NCBI GenBank assembly: GCA_964016885.1
Contig: CAXHJY010000436.1
Span: 1-54,807, forward strand
DNA: 54,807 bases
DNA from: Eledone cirrhosa
Taxonomy: Eukaryota
Direction: 5' to 3'
A program made the position numbers and the translations under genes. A model generated the notes under the pieces. That model ran no database searches. It was not told the DNA's origin and saw only the letters and a list, made by a program, of their open reading frames with translations. Shown here in pieces: positions 33,330 to 44,050 of this stretch. Within the stretch, counting starts at the first letter, position 1; the number at the start of each line of letters is the position of its first letter.

Positions 33330-34814
33330 CTATTTGTTCTTGTGTCTGTTTAGCTTGTTTGCGTTTGGGGGATTTTGGTGGTTGTGTTGGTGATGTTGTG
33401 GGGAAAATGTTTGTGTGGGTGGTGTGTGTATTTTTTTTGTGGGGGTGTTTGTGCTTTGTGGATTTCTTTTTTTTTTGTGTTTTGTTTTTTGTATTTTGGG
33501 GGACTTTGGTTTTCCCTCATCTTCACTGCTGGAGGATGAGGGGTCTGTGGCTGTGAGCGTGTTTGTGTCTGAGTGAGTGTTTATGTTCTTGTTCGTGTGT
33601 GTATTTTGGGGGGGAGGGGGAATGGGAGAGCTTTCCTCGTTTCCCCCCTGGGTGTGCAATTTTGGTGGTTCCATTGTTGACGGTGTTGCTGGTGGTCCTT
33701 GTCCCGGCGTCGCCAGCAGTGGAATCTTTCGACCCCTTGCGCTTTTCGGCAGTTGAGGGCAGAAGGCTCGCAAGTGTGTCGTTTCCCCACAAAGGAAACA
33801 ATGCGGCCTTTTGCCCTCAGTCATTATATGCAACACCCTCCCGTTTTGGAGGCGGATGTGGTCCGGGATTGTTTTTACGTTTTCGGGTCTGATTTGGAGC
33901 AGTATCTCCAGATCAACCCCGGACCAGTCGTCCCTGGCAGTTCTCGTTGCCTCTACCGGGACTGTATCCGTTCCTTCCACGATTACGCAACCCAGGAGCC
34001 ACCACATATCAAGTCCTGGTGGAATCCTGGGAATGCGCACACGTGCTATTCGTTTTCCCATGTGGGAGGGGTACATTATGACCTTGCTGGTTTTGCAAGG
34101 GGTCATTGAATGCTTCACAGCGAGGGCTTCAGACTTGAACAGCACCGAAACGGTGCCGTATTGCCTGCCCCTCTCTATGAAGTCTGTGTCCTCTCTGATG
34201 TATTTCAGTGCGGCTTCTATGTCAGCTTGGGCGATTATCGCTGCCCTCTTTGTCTCTACTGAGATGCATCTGAAATGCACCGTTCTTTTTTCCACTGCCT
34301 CAATGGCTTCTGCCGGGACAGTTAAGTTTGCCCAGGTCTGCTCTTGATTTATGATTTTCCAGGCCTGGGCCAACTTTTCCTCTCTGTTGGTTAAGTCGAT
34401 GCTGTAGCATGGTCTCCTTTTAGCCGCTGCCACAGCAGCGAAAGTGTTCTTGTTGGTGTTGTCACTGTTGTTGTTCTTGTTGGTGTTGCTGCTGCTATTG
34501 CTGTTGTTGTTCTCCCCTGTGTCGTAGTTACCTTCTGTGCTGTTGGCCTTGTTGGTGCTGCTGCTGTCGCTACTATTACTCTCTGTGCTGTTCGTTTTGT
34601 TGGTGCTCTCGCTATTACCACCTTCTGCGCTGTTCGGCTTGTTGGTGTTGGTGTTGTCGCTGTTACCACCTTCCGCGCCGCTCGGCCCGTTGGTGCTGGC
34701 ACTGTCGCTGCTCACATTCGTGCTGGTGGCGCTCCTCGCCTCACCTCTCCTCTCAACGCTCAAGTCGCCGTTGCACGACAGCAGACCCGCCTCTAGGGGG
34801 CGTGGCTCCGCCAT
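33330..34814 (-). CDS. LINE ORF1 (gag-like, CCHC zinc knuckle); probably continues to 32905 via a -1 shift
   Basis: TFAAVAA motif and CFLCGETTHLRAFC (Cx2Cx4Hx4C). Lies directly upstream of ORF2. Confidence 0.88.
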   Translation of the reverse strand: MAEPRPLEAGLLSCNGDLSVERRGEARSATSTNVSSDSASTNGPSGAEGGNSDNTNTNKPNSAEGGNSESTNKTNSTESNSSDSSSTNKANSTEGNYDTGENNNSNSSSNTNKNNNSDNTNKNTFAAVAAAKRRPCYSIDLTNREEKLAQAWKIINQEQTWANLTVPAEAIEAVEKRTVHFRCISVETKRAAIIAQADIEAALKYIREDTDFIERGRQYGTVSVLFKSEALAVKHSMTPCKTSKVIMYPSHMGKRIARVRIPRIPPGLDMWWLLGCVIVEGTDTVPVEATRTARDDWSGVDLEILLQIRPENVKTIPDHIRLQNGRVLHIMTEGKRPHCFLCGETTHLRAFCPQLPKSARGRKIPLLATPGQGPPATPSTMEPPKLHTQGGNEESSPIPPPPQNTHTNKNINTHSDTNTLTATDPSSSSSEDEGKPKSPKIQKTKHKKKRNPQSTNTPTKKIHTPPTQTFSPQHHQHNHQNPPNANKLNRHKNK

Positions 34815-34856
34815 GTTTTTTTGAGAAAAAAATTATTTTTTTTTCAAAATAAAGTT

Positions 34857-34886
34857 CAAATATTTGGGCCAAAAGGCCCAAATATT
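34857..34886 (-). promoter_or_regulatory. Perfect hairpin in the Tx1 5'UTR (also ~40682-40711)
   Basis: aatatttgggcc-aaaa-ggcccaaatatt: 12-bp stem, 4-nt loop, ~45 nt before the ORF1 ATG. Function not shown. Confidence 0.5.
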
Positions 34887-35292
34887 ATGAGTTATTCCTT
34901 CACAGGATACAAATTAATGTCTTATAATGCTTCAGCGGTACAAAAAATAAACAATTCTCTACAATTAATCCTCAAAAAATTGCTTACTCACGGAGCTTCA
35001 AAAAACGTACATCCACTTTCGTCAATAATAATAATAATGATTTCATTTATTGGCCACAAGGGCCGACATATAGGGGACAACACAATAGACAGGGACAGTG
35101 GGGGTTTACATAGAGATCGAGTAAGTATAAATAACAAAAAAAACAAAATAACAATAAAAATACAACAATGAAAGTTCCCCAATAAGAGGGATCACCACCC
35201 AGGGTTGACTCAAGCACCCCACCAGTCCTGAGCCACCCGACGCTCCTAGGGCACCCGGGAAGGGCACCCCTCTCCTTCTCGAATTCACCAGC

Positions 35293-38200
35293 CTACAGGC
35301 GCATGATCAGAGTAGGCCCACTCACGCGGGCCATTCTCGCCACATTCACCCACCTTTCAGTAAATGTACTGGGGGGAAGCACTTCTCTCTCCACCCTCAC
35401 CTTCCTTTCCAAGTGAAACTTGAAGAAGTTGATGAGGGATTGGCCGAAGAGAAAAGTGTCTGTCTTCAGTCCTTTCAACCTGGTCCACCATGCAACCTCT
35501 TTCGCTACTGCCACCAGGCAGAGGAAAATTGCCTGCCCTTCCTGACCAAAAGAAGGCGGCGGGTCAATCTTCACTATGGACTCGGACGATAGCCGGATCC
35601 GTTCTACACGCGACAATAGCTGTTCGACATAACCCCACAAGTCAGCAATGCACGGACACTGGACGAGTGCGTGCAGAACGGTTTCGTCGCTCTGCGCGCA
35701 TCTCGGGCAGGTTCGTCTGACAGCACTTCCGTGCCTGTAGAGTTTATCCCGAACCGGCAGCGCCCCCCGGTAGCACTGCCAAGCGAGGGATTTCTGGAAG
35801 TTATCCATCGTCCCCGGCTCGAAAGTCCTCCGGAACATACTGGTCAGTTCTACTTCGTTGACGCCCAGAGCCTCTCCTAGTACGTCATCGCACTTGCCCT
35901 CCACTAATCCTCTATAGAAATCTTGAGTGGAAGTTCCACTGACCGCATTGCCCACCTTGCAGAGTGCAGTGAGCGCCTGGCAACATTCCAGATGCCAGTC
36001 GCCCAGTCTCGGTCTCTTCTTGACCCAGGACTGCAGCTCAGTCAAAGAGATGAGCTGCGGAAAGGCCCGTCTAACAAACGGCGACCACACCTGTTCACCG
36101 TTTAGGCAAAATATCTGGAGATGTCGCAGCCTCAGCGCATGTCTGCGCATCATTAGCCACGGCATGCCCAGCCCTCCACGAAGAGGGTGCTGGCAGCAGA
36201 TGGACCGCCTCACCAACGGGACCCGTCCCCTCCACAAAAATTTGAAAAGGAGCCGTTCCAAATTGGCGAGGCGTGGACGGGGGCAAGGCACGACGGTCAG
36301 GCGGTAGTAGATGACGGACGCGATGTACGCGTTCGCCACCTCCGCCCGCCCTTTCAGTGATAGCTTTCTCTCAGCCCATTTCTGGGTGAGGTTGGCTATC
36401 CTGCTCGTCACCTCGTCCCAATTCTTATCCACCTGGAACCAAACCCCGAGCAACTTTACCGGTCCGTCCGTCCAGCGCCCAACGACGCTGTTGGACGGCA
36501 TGGACTTGCCTCTCCAGGTGCCGAGCTGCAAGCCCACCGACTTTTCCGGGTTAAGTTTTGCTCCCGTCAACCTTTCATATTCCTCCAAATGGGTGCGGAT
36601 CACCTCGATTTCCGAGGTGTCCGACACCATCACGGTGATGTCGTCCGCATAAGCGGACGCAGCCTTTCTACGTCCCGGTTCGAGCGGGATGCCCTGCAAC
36701 AACTCCAGCTTCCGCAGTAGAGGCTCAAGAGTCAATACGTACAGAAGTGAGGAGAGAGGGCACCCTTGACGGACCGATCGAGAGATCTGAAACGGTTCCG
36801 AGAGGTGGCCATTAACTTTGACCACCGAGCGGATGCCGCTGTACATTGCAGCGATCCAGCTTCTGAAGACGGGGCCGAAGCCAGCCGCCTCGAGGACAGC
36901 CTCCAAGTACCGATGGTCGACCCTATCGAATGCTTTCGATTGATCTAAATTGATCAGAGCCCCACCGAAGCCAGGTTTGCACCCAACCCTCTCTATGATG
37001 TATCGCATGAGGTGGAGGTTGTCGTGTATGGACCTGGTCGGGATTGCGCAAGTTTGCGCCTCCCCAACCAAATCTTTGACGACAAGCGCCAACCTTTTCG
37101 CTAACACCTTGGCCAAAATCTTAAACTCTGTGTTGAGCAGCGTTATGGGCCTGAAATTATCTAGTGTGTCCCTCTTGTTCTCGTCTTTCCTTATCAGCGT
37201 CACTACGCCACGGCTCACAGAACTGGGAATGCTCCCGTTCTGCTGCCAGTTGCAGTAGAGCGCTTCGAGGAGATCGGAGAACAAGTCTGGCATATTTACG
37301 TAAAGCTCGTAGGGCAGACCATCCAAACCGGGTGACTTGCGACTCGAGCAGCCGACAAGGGCGTCCTGAATTTCGGCTGATGTTATCGGCTCTTCGCAGC
37401 GCTCAGCGTCGGCCGTCGAGAGGCGTGGCAAGCCGTCGAGGTAGGGACTGAAGTCCGCCGCCGTCTCCGACTCACCCATCCTCCCGAACAATCGAGCAAA
37501 GTGCTGGCGAAAGGCCTCACACATCTGCTTGGAATCGCTCAGTTCGTGTCCATCTCGATCCGTCAAAGACCGAATTGTGGTTTTATTTCCACGCTGCGTC
37601 TCTGCAAAGCGAGCCCATCGGGCAGCTTTGGTTCCCTCGTTCCTCAGAGCACGCGCCTTAGCTCTGACAATGCAACCTTCGTGTTTCGCATTGAAGAAAT
37701 GGTCGAGTGCCATTCTCGCCGCTAGCACGTCTGTTGCAATGCCACTACAAATAGCCTCGTCTAACTTAGCTATCAGCCCCTCCTCCTTTTTATTTTTCTC
37801 TATTGCTACTTCTTTGCTAAATCCTATCGAGGTTGCTCTAATCTCTCTTTTGAGTGCCCCCCACCACCTGTTGTTGACAACCCCCCCTGTCAACTTTTGC
37901 TTAACTAAGTTGTTGACCCGGTCCCTGTAAGCTTTACGTGCCGGAAACGACATGTTTAGCTTCCAGTAGCTAGGTCCTAACCTACGTGTCTTATCTAGGT
38001 CGACCATACAGATCACAAGCTTGTGATCTGAATAGGCAACCGTTTTAAAATGTGGACATCCTACACTATTTCTATCTCTTTTCCTAATGAAAATCCTATC
38101 TATGTACGATCTAGATGACCCTATGCGATTGGTCCAGGTCCATACTGGCGCATTAGGGAAATCTAGTCGGTACCTGTCAGACAGTTGAAACTGGCTGATC

Positions 38201-38700
38201 AGGTACTTGAGGCTTTTGCACCCCCCGCTCCTATCAGATACTCCCACACAATCCCAGCGTGCTTCTAAGATGCCATTCCAATCCCCTATTAACAGTAAAG
38301 GGCGAGACGTAAGCAGAAAGTTTTCCAGGCGCCTAAAGAAGTCCGGCCGACCGGCCCCAGTAGGGGCGTAGACGGCCACCAGTCTAAAGGCACCACCTTC
38401 GCTATTGCTCACGTCCAGGACCACCAACTTTCCGTCAGGATCCCGGAAGATTGACCTTACCTCGAGATCCAGACATTTCCTAAACAGCACAGCCACTCCA
38501 CCTCCCATTCCCGGCCGACTAACAGATGCAAAGATCTGATAATCGTCGAAAATCGGCGCCAGTGCGCGTGTGTCGGAAATTCTGGTCTCGCTGATGGCAA
38601 TTACATCCATTCCTAGTGACCTGAGGTCGTTGAGCAAGTGACCTTGCTTCCAGGGCGACCCCAGGCCACGAACATTTAAACTTCCTACTCTTATGGCCAT
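35293..38700 (-). CDS. LINE ORF2 (1135 aa; lacks GPDL relative to copy A)
   Basis: Same motifs as 29456-32875, with T>M, R>K and S>C substitutions. Confidence 0.97.
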   Translation of the reverse strand: MAIRVGSLNVRGLGSPWKQGHLLNDLRSLGMDVIAISETRISDTRALAPIFDDYQIFASVSRPGMGGGVAVLFRKCLDLEVRSIFRDPDGKLVVLDVSNSEGGAFRLVAVYAPTGAGRPDFFRRLENFLLTSRPLLLIGDWNGILEARWDCVGVSDRSGGCKSLKYLISQFQLSDRYRLDFPNAPVWTWTNRIGSSRSYIDRIFIRKRDRNSVGCPHFKTVAYSDHKLVICMVDLDKTRRLGPSYWKLNMSFPARKAYRDRVNNLVKQKLTGGVVNNRWWGALKREIRATSIGFSKEVAIEKNKKEEGLIAKLDEAICSGIATDVLAARMALDHFFNAKHEGCIVRAKARALRNEGTKAARWARFAETQRGNKTTIRSLTDRDGHELSDSKQMCEAFRQHFARLFGRMGESETAADFSPYLDGLPRLSTADAERCEEPITSAEIQDALVGCSSRKSPGLDGLPYELYVNMPDLFSDLLEALYCNWQQNGSIPSSVSRGVVTLIRKDENKRDTLDNFRPITLLNTEFKILAKVLAKRLALVVKDLVGEAQTCAIPTRSIHDNLHLMRYIIERVGCKPGFGGALINLDQSKAFDRVDHRYLEAVLEAAGFGPVFRSWIAAMYSGIRSVVKVNGHLSEPFQISRSVRQGCPLSSLLYVLTLEPLLRKLELLQGIPLEPGRRKAASAYADDITVMVSDTSEIEVIRTHLEEYERLTGAKLNPEKSVGLQLGTWRGKSMPSNSVVGRWTDGPVKLLGVWFQVDKNWDEVTSRIANLTQKWAERKLSLKGRAEVANAYIASVIYYRLTVVPCPRPRLANLERLLFKFLWRGRVPLVRRSICCQHPLRGGLGMPWLMMRRHALRLRHLQIFCLNGEQVWSPFVRRAFPQLISLTELQSWVKKRPRLGDWHLECCQALTALCKVGNAVSGTSTQDFYRGLVEGKCDDVLGEALGVNEVELTSMFRRTFEPGTMDNFQKSLAWQCYRGALPVRDKLYRHGSAVRRTCPRCAQSDETVLHALVQCPCIADLWGYVEQLLSRVERIRLSSESIVKIDPPPSFGQEGQAIFLCLVAVAKEVAWWTRLKGLKTDTFLFGQSLINFFKFHLERKVRVEREVLPPSTFTERWVNVARMARVSGPTLIMRL

Positions 38701-39154
38701 GCTGGCAGGATGAATGGGAGAGGAAAGGTTTACTTACCTTCCGGGGTCTTGTGAAGGTCGGGTGGTTCGACCTCCATGGTTTGTGGGGTTTCTTTTGGGA
38801 ACCCCTTTAATAGTCTTGACGTGGGTTTTACGTTCGGGGTTCCCACATCCCGAGGAAAGCTCTTTCGAATTTCTTTGTATGAAGCGAGCGACATTCGCAT
38901 CAGAAGCAAATTATCTGGTACGCGAAATGTGCTCGCTTCAAATGTTTCCCCGTCTTTTTCGATGTTTGTGCTTCGTGCTACATGGGCCATCAATTCCTTG
39001 TTGGCCCTTCTGGCAAGCACGAAGTTTTTAATGTTTTGTTGCTCGGGTTTTATTTGTTCGTGTGATTGTGGTGGTGATAGCTTTGTTAGTGTTGTTTCTA
39101 TTGTGTCTGCGTTTGTTGTGGGTGGGGTGTCTGTAGTTTCTGATGTTTGTGTGT

Positions 39155-40639
39155 CTATTTGTTCTTGTGTCTGTTTAGCTTGTTTGCGTTTGGGGGATTT
39201 TGGTGGTTGTGTTGGTGATGTTGTGGGGAAAATGTTTGTGTGGGTGGTGTGTGTATTTTTTTTGTGGGGGTGTTTGTGCTTTGTGGATTTCTTTTTTTTT
39301 TGTGTTTTGTTTTTTGTATTTTGGGGGACTTTGGTTTTCCCTCATCTTCACTGCTGGAGGATGAGGGGTCTGTGGCTGTGAGCGTGTTTGTGTCTGAGTG
39401 AGTGTTTATGTTCTTGTTCGTGTGTGTATTTTGGGGGGGAGGGGGAATGGGAGAGCTTTCCTCGTTTCCCCCCTGGGTGTGCAATTTTGGTGGTTCCATT
39501 GTTGACGGTGTTGCTGGTGGTCCTTGTCCCGGCGTCGCCAGCAGTGGAATCTTTCGACCCCTTGCGCTTTTCGGCAGTTGAGGGCAGAAGGCTCGCAAGT
39601 GTGTCGTTTCCCCACAAAGGAAACAATGCGGCCTTTTGCCCTCAGTCATTATATGCAACACCCTCCCGTTTTGGAGGCGGATGTGGTCCGGGATTGTTTT
39701 TACGTTTTCGGGTCTGATTTGGAGCAGTATCTCCAGATCAACCCCGGACCAGTCGTCCCTGGCAGTTCTCGTTGCCTCTACCGGGACTGTATCCGTTCCT
39801 TCCACGATTACGCAACCCAGGAGCCACCACATATCAAGTCCTGGTGGAATCCTGGGAATGCGCACACGTGCTATTCGTTTTCCCATGTGGGAGGGGTACA
39901 TTATGACCTTGCTGGTTTTGCAAGGGGTCATTGAATGCTTCACAGCGAGGGCTTCAGACTTGAACAGCACCGAAACGGTGCCGTATTGCCTGCCCCTCTC
40001 TATGAAGTCTGTGTCCTCTCTGATGTATTTCAGTGCGGCTTCTATGTCAGCTTGGGCGATTATCGCTGCCCTCTTTGTCTCTACTGAGATGCATCTGAAA
40101 TGCACCGTTCTTTTTTCCACTGCCTCAATGGCTTCTGCCGGGACAGTTAAGTTTGCCCAGGTCTGCTCTTGATTTATGATTTTCCAGGCCTGGGCCAACT
40201 TTTCCTCTCTGTTGGTTAAGTCGATGCTGTAGCATGGTCTCCTTTTAGCCGCTGCCACAGCAGCGAAAGTGTTCTTGTTGGTGTTGTCACTGTTGTTGTT
40301 CTTGTTGGTGTTGCTGCTGCTATTGCTGTTGTTGTTCTCCCCTGTGTCGTAGTTACCTTCTGTGCTGTTGGCCTTGTTGGTGCTGCTGCTGTCGCTACTA
40401 TTACTCTCTGTGCTGTTCGTTTTGTTGGTGCTCTCGCTATTACCACCTTCTGCGCTGTTCGGCTTGTTGGTGTTGGTGTTGTCGCTGTTACCACCTTCCG
40501 CGCCGCTCGGCCCGTTGGTGCTGGCACTGTCGCTGCTCACATTCGTGCTGGTGGCGCTCCTCGCCTCACCTCTCCTCTCAACGCTCAAGTCGCCGTTGCA
40601 CGACAGCAGACCCGCCTCTAGGGGGCGTGGCTCCGCCAT
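39155..40639 (-). CDS. LINE ORF1 (CCHC), protein identical to copy A
   Basis: Identical 494-aa translation in the ORF track. Confidence 0.88.
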   Translation of the reverse strand: MAEPRPLEAGLLSCNGDLSVERRGEARSATSTNVSSDSASTNGPSGAEGGNSDNTNTNKPNSAEGGNSESTNKTNSTESNSSDSSSTNKANSTEGNYDTGENNNSNSSSNTNKNNNSDNTNKNTFAAVAAAKRRPCYSIDLTNREEKLAQAWKIINQEQTWANLTVPAEAIEAVEKRTVHFRCISVETKRAAIIAQADIEAALKYIREDTDFIERGRQYGTVSVLFKSEALAVKHSMTPCKTSKVIMYPSHMGKRIARVRIPRIPPGLDMWWLLGCVIVEGTDTVPVEATRTARDDWSGVDLEILLQIRPENVKTIPDHIRLQNGRVLHIMTEGKRPHCFLCGETTHLRAFCPQLPKSARGRKIPLLATPGQGPPATPSTMEPPKLHTQGGNEESSPIPPPPQNTHTNKNINTHSDTNTLTATDPSSSSSEDEGKPKSPKIQKTKHKKKRNPQSTNTPTKKIHTPPTQTFSPQHHQHNHQNPPNANKLNRHKNK

Positions 40640-40981
40640 GTTTATTTGAGAAAAAAATTATTTTTTTTTCAAAATAAAGTTCAAATATTTGGGCCAAAAG
40701 GCCCAAATATTATGAGTTATTCCTTCACAGGATACAAATTAATGTCTTATAATGCTTCAGCGGTACAAAAAATAAACAATTCTCTACAATTAATCCTCAA
40801 AAAATTGCTTACTCACGGAGCTTCAAAAAACGTACATCCACTTTCGTCAATAATAATAATAATAACAACAATAATAATAACGACAACAACAATAACAATA
40901 TACATATACATATATATATACACATACACGCACACACATAAACATATCTATACACACACACACACACACACACGATAGCAA

Positions 40982-41237
40982 CTAACAGTGCTGCGATCGA
41001 AAGTGGCTTTTTAACCCAGCCAATGATCTAAAATGTCTTGCACAGAGTCGGCAACCAAAACATTCACTGGGAATAGTCGGCTGTGGTTGGAGTTCGGGTA
41101 CTTTTGCATGTCGCTTGAGCCCTCCTGCTGATTTACATTCTCTACCACATGTTTGGCAAGCATGATGAGTAGCATCTCCAACAGCAGCCTGGTAGTCAAC
41201 CACTGGTCTTACTTTATGACTGCGAAGATGACTTTCG
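40982..41237 (-). pseudogene. C2H2 zinc-finger coding fragment, probably the C-terminus of an RTE-clade LINE ORF
   Basis: [53 protein letters not shown], then stop. GL.SH.R.H fingers with no TGEKP linkers; no start codon. Confidence 0.6.
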
Positions 41238-42214
<977 letters not shown>

Positions 42215-42790
42215 TTGGTTGCCAACTCGTTTTCGAGTACGGTCACTACTTTATATCCATGTAGGAAAACCCATACCGATGGGTGTGACTTTTTAGTCCA
42301 GCCAGCGACTTGAAAACTCTGGTACAAACACTACACTTGTGACAATTATTGACACATAGTGCTGGGCCCATGGTACCATGTGATGACAAGTGAAGAGAGA
42401 TCTCCAGATATAAAGCAATGCCTGTGCCGTGAAGCTTTTATAGTGAGCAAAGGCACTGCACAAAGCCAGTCCCACTCTTTTAACCAAGATGATATTTACC
42501 AAAAAGAAAAACAAGTCAACATCATTGGATACCATCAGAGTTGCAGGTGTTATATCAGAGTTTTCCTTCTCCTAGAATTCTGCCTTGACAATGATTTTGG
42601 ATGACCATTGCCTCTTAAGACCTCCTTTGCCCTTTGACAGGTTTTGTTTTTAGTCCTGCAGGATGTCCAAAGTCACCATCCTCACCAATAAACCTTGGTG
42701 GGGTTGCCAGTTTAGTCGCCAACGACCCGACCATGAGACAGGTTGTTTCTGGAATACATGTAACCAGTAGCACCAACTGGTGACCTGACA
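42215..42790 (-). mobile_element. Putative non-autonomous bipartite RTE-derived element (~575 bp)
   Basis: Contains ctaggagaaggaaaactctga (recalled RTE 5'-region motif) and ends in gtactcg-aaaa-cgagttggcaacca plus (AT)n. No credible ORF. Confidence 0.45.
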
Positions 42791-42829
42791 TAAATATATA
42801 CATACATATATATATATATATATACATAC

Positions 42830-42860
<31 letters not shown>

Positions 42861-43107
42861 CATATATATACATATATATATATATCTATATAAATACATA
42901 TATATATATATACTTCGTTTCTGAATTTGTTTAGCTAGATTCTTTATCTGAAAACGTGTGTTGAAACCGATATTGTTAAACTTTGGGAGGGTCATGTTGC
43001 CAATAAGAAACACACGCACCAGTAGCTTTCACTTCAATTTATTTTAATAAATTTATAAATTTCCGGTTGGTTGGTTGGTTCCACAACCAGATGATTGTTT
43101 ATATATT

Positions 43108-43150
43108 GTCAAAGTTCTTTTGTCACACATTCTGTGACCTCTTCAGTGAC
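43108..43150 (-). ncRNA. Degenerate hammerhead-like motif
   Basis: gtca CTGAAGA g-gtcaca-gaatg-tgtgac-aaaagaac-TT tgac. Stems I and II present; GAAA box corrupted. Confidence 0.35.
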
Positions 43151-43263
43151 TGGGGATTCTTTTCTTTGTTTTTGTGCCTCTCCTTTGTTCTGTCCTACGC
43201 CATATTGTTTTTGTATGTGTTGTGTGCTTCGTTTGCGCATGTTTTACATCCGGGTGTCTGTGT

Positions 43264-43459
43264 GTGTTTATATTTGTTTATTTATTTGTTTATTTACATG
43301 TTACTGGTTGGTTGTTTGTTCTATGTGTGTGTGTGTGTGTGTTTTCATTTTGTCCTTAATCGAATAGCAACATCACAACTTACAATTAAGGACAAAAGTA
43401 AAACACACACATAGAACAAACAACCAGCCAGTAACATGTTAATAAACAAATATAAACAC
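43264..43459. repeat. Inverted repeat (arms 43264-43360 and 43385-43459)
   Basis: acatgttactggttggttgtttgttctatgtgtg...ttttgtccttaat pairs with attaaggacaaaa...cacacatagaacaaacaaccagccagtaacatgt. Confidence 0.85.
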
Positions 43460-43670
43460 GTCTTAACGCTATTCTATAAACTATTTTATAGCTTCTTCGC
43501 GCATGAGCACACCATTCTTTATATTAATTTTATCATCTCAGCGCTTCGTAAAAGACCGAGAGATCGTCTACGCAGGCATGATGTTTGGTCTTTATACAGG
43601 TTAATGTAGGTGTGGTAAGTAGTAGGTGGAGGTAGGATGGTTGGAACATTGATTTGTGATGGTGTACTAA

Positions 43671-43709
<39 letters not shown>

Positions 43710-43768
43710 AGTGTGTGTGCGTGTGTGTATGTGTCCTTGTGTATATGGCAATATATGTATGTATGTAC

Positions 43769-43837
<69 letters not shown>

Positions 43838-43907
43838 TGCATATATGTACGTATGTATATACGTATATGTATATATGTATGTACGTACGCACCTACGTAT
43901 GAATGTG

Positions 43908-43940
<33 letters not shown>

Positions 43941-44050
43941 GTATATATATAGTAATAATAATAAATTTGAAGATTAAAATCCAAAGAGGGCTCGATAAGG
44001 ATAAATATATATCAAATATATAAGAACCGTAGAGCAAATATTTATTAAAA

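Larger units (their letters stand above)
29197..35023 (-). mobile_element. Full-length L1/Tx1-type non-LTR retrotransposon, copy A (5827 bp)
   Basis: 5'UTR, CCHC ORF1, APE-RT-ZnF ORF2, 3'UTR with AATAAA. Flanked by (AAT)5 on both sides. Confidence 0.93.
35039..40848 (-). mobile_element. Full-length L1/Tx1-type retrotransposon, copy B (5810 bp), head-to-tail with copy A
   Basis: Near-identical to copy A. Differs by a 12-bp in-frame ORF2 deletion, a 5-bp 3'UTR indel and several SNPs. Confidence 0.93.

Noticed and set aside
29653-40649. Plus-strand ORFs overlapping the Tx1 elements
   Set aside because: Antisense shadows of the GC-balanced ORF1/ORF2 with no recognisable motifs.
40982-41237. Host C2H2 zinc-finger gene exon
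   Set aside because: Lacks TGEKP linkers and a start codon. Finger style and context fit an RTE C-terminus better, though this is not excluded.
42945-42982. CTGAAAA...GAAA motif as a hammerhead
   Set aside because: G8 is missing and stems I and II are unconvincing.
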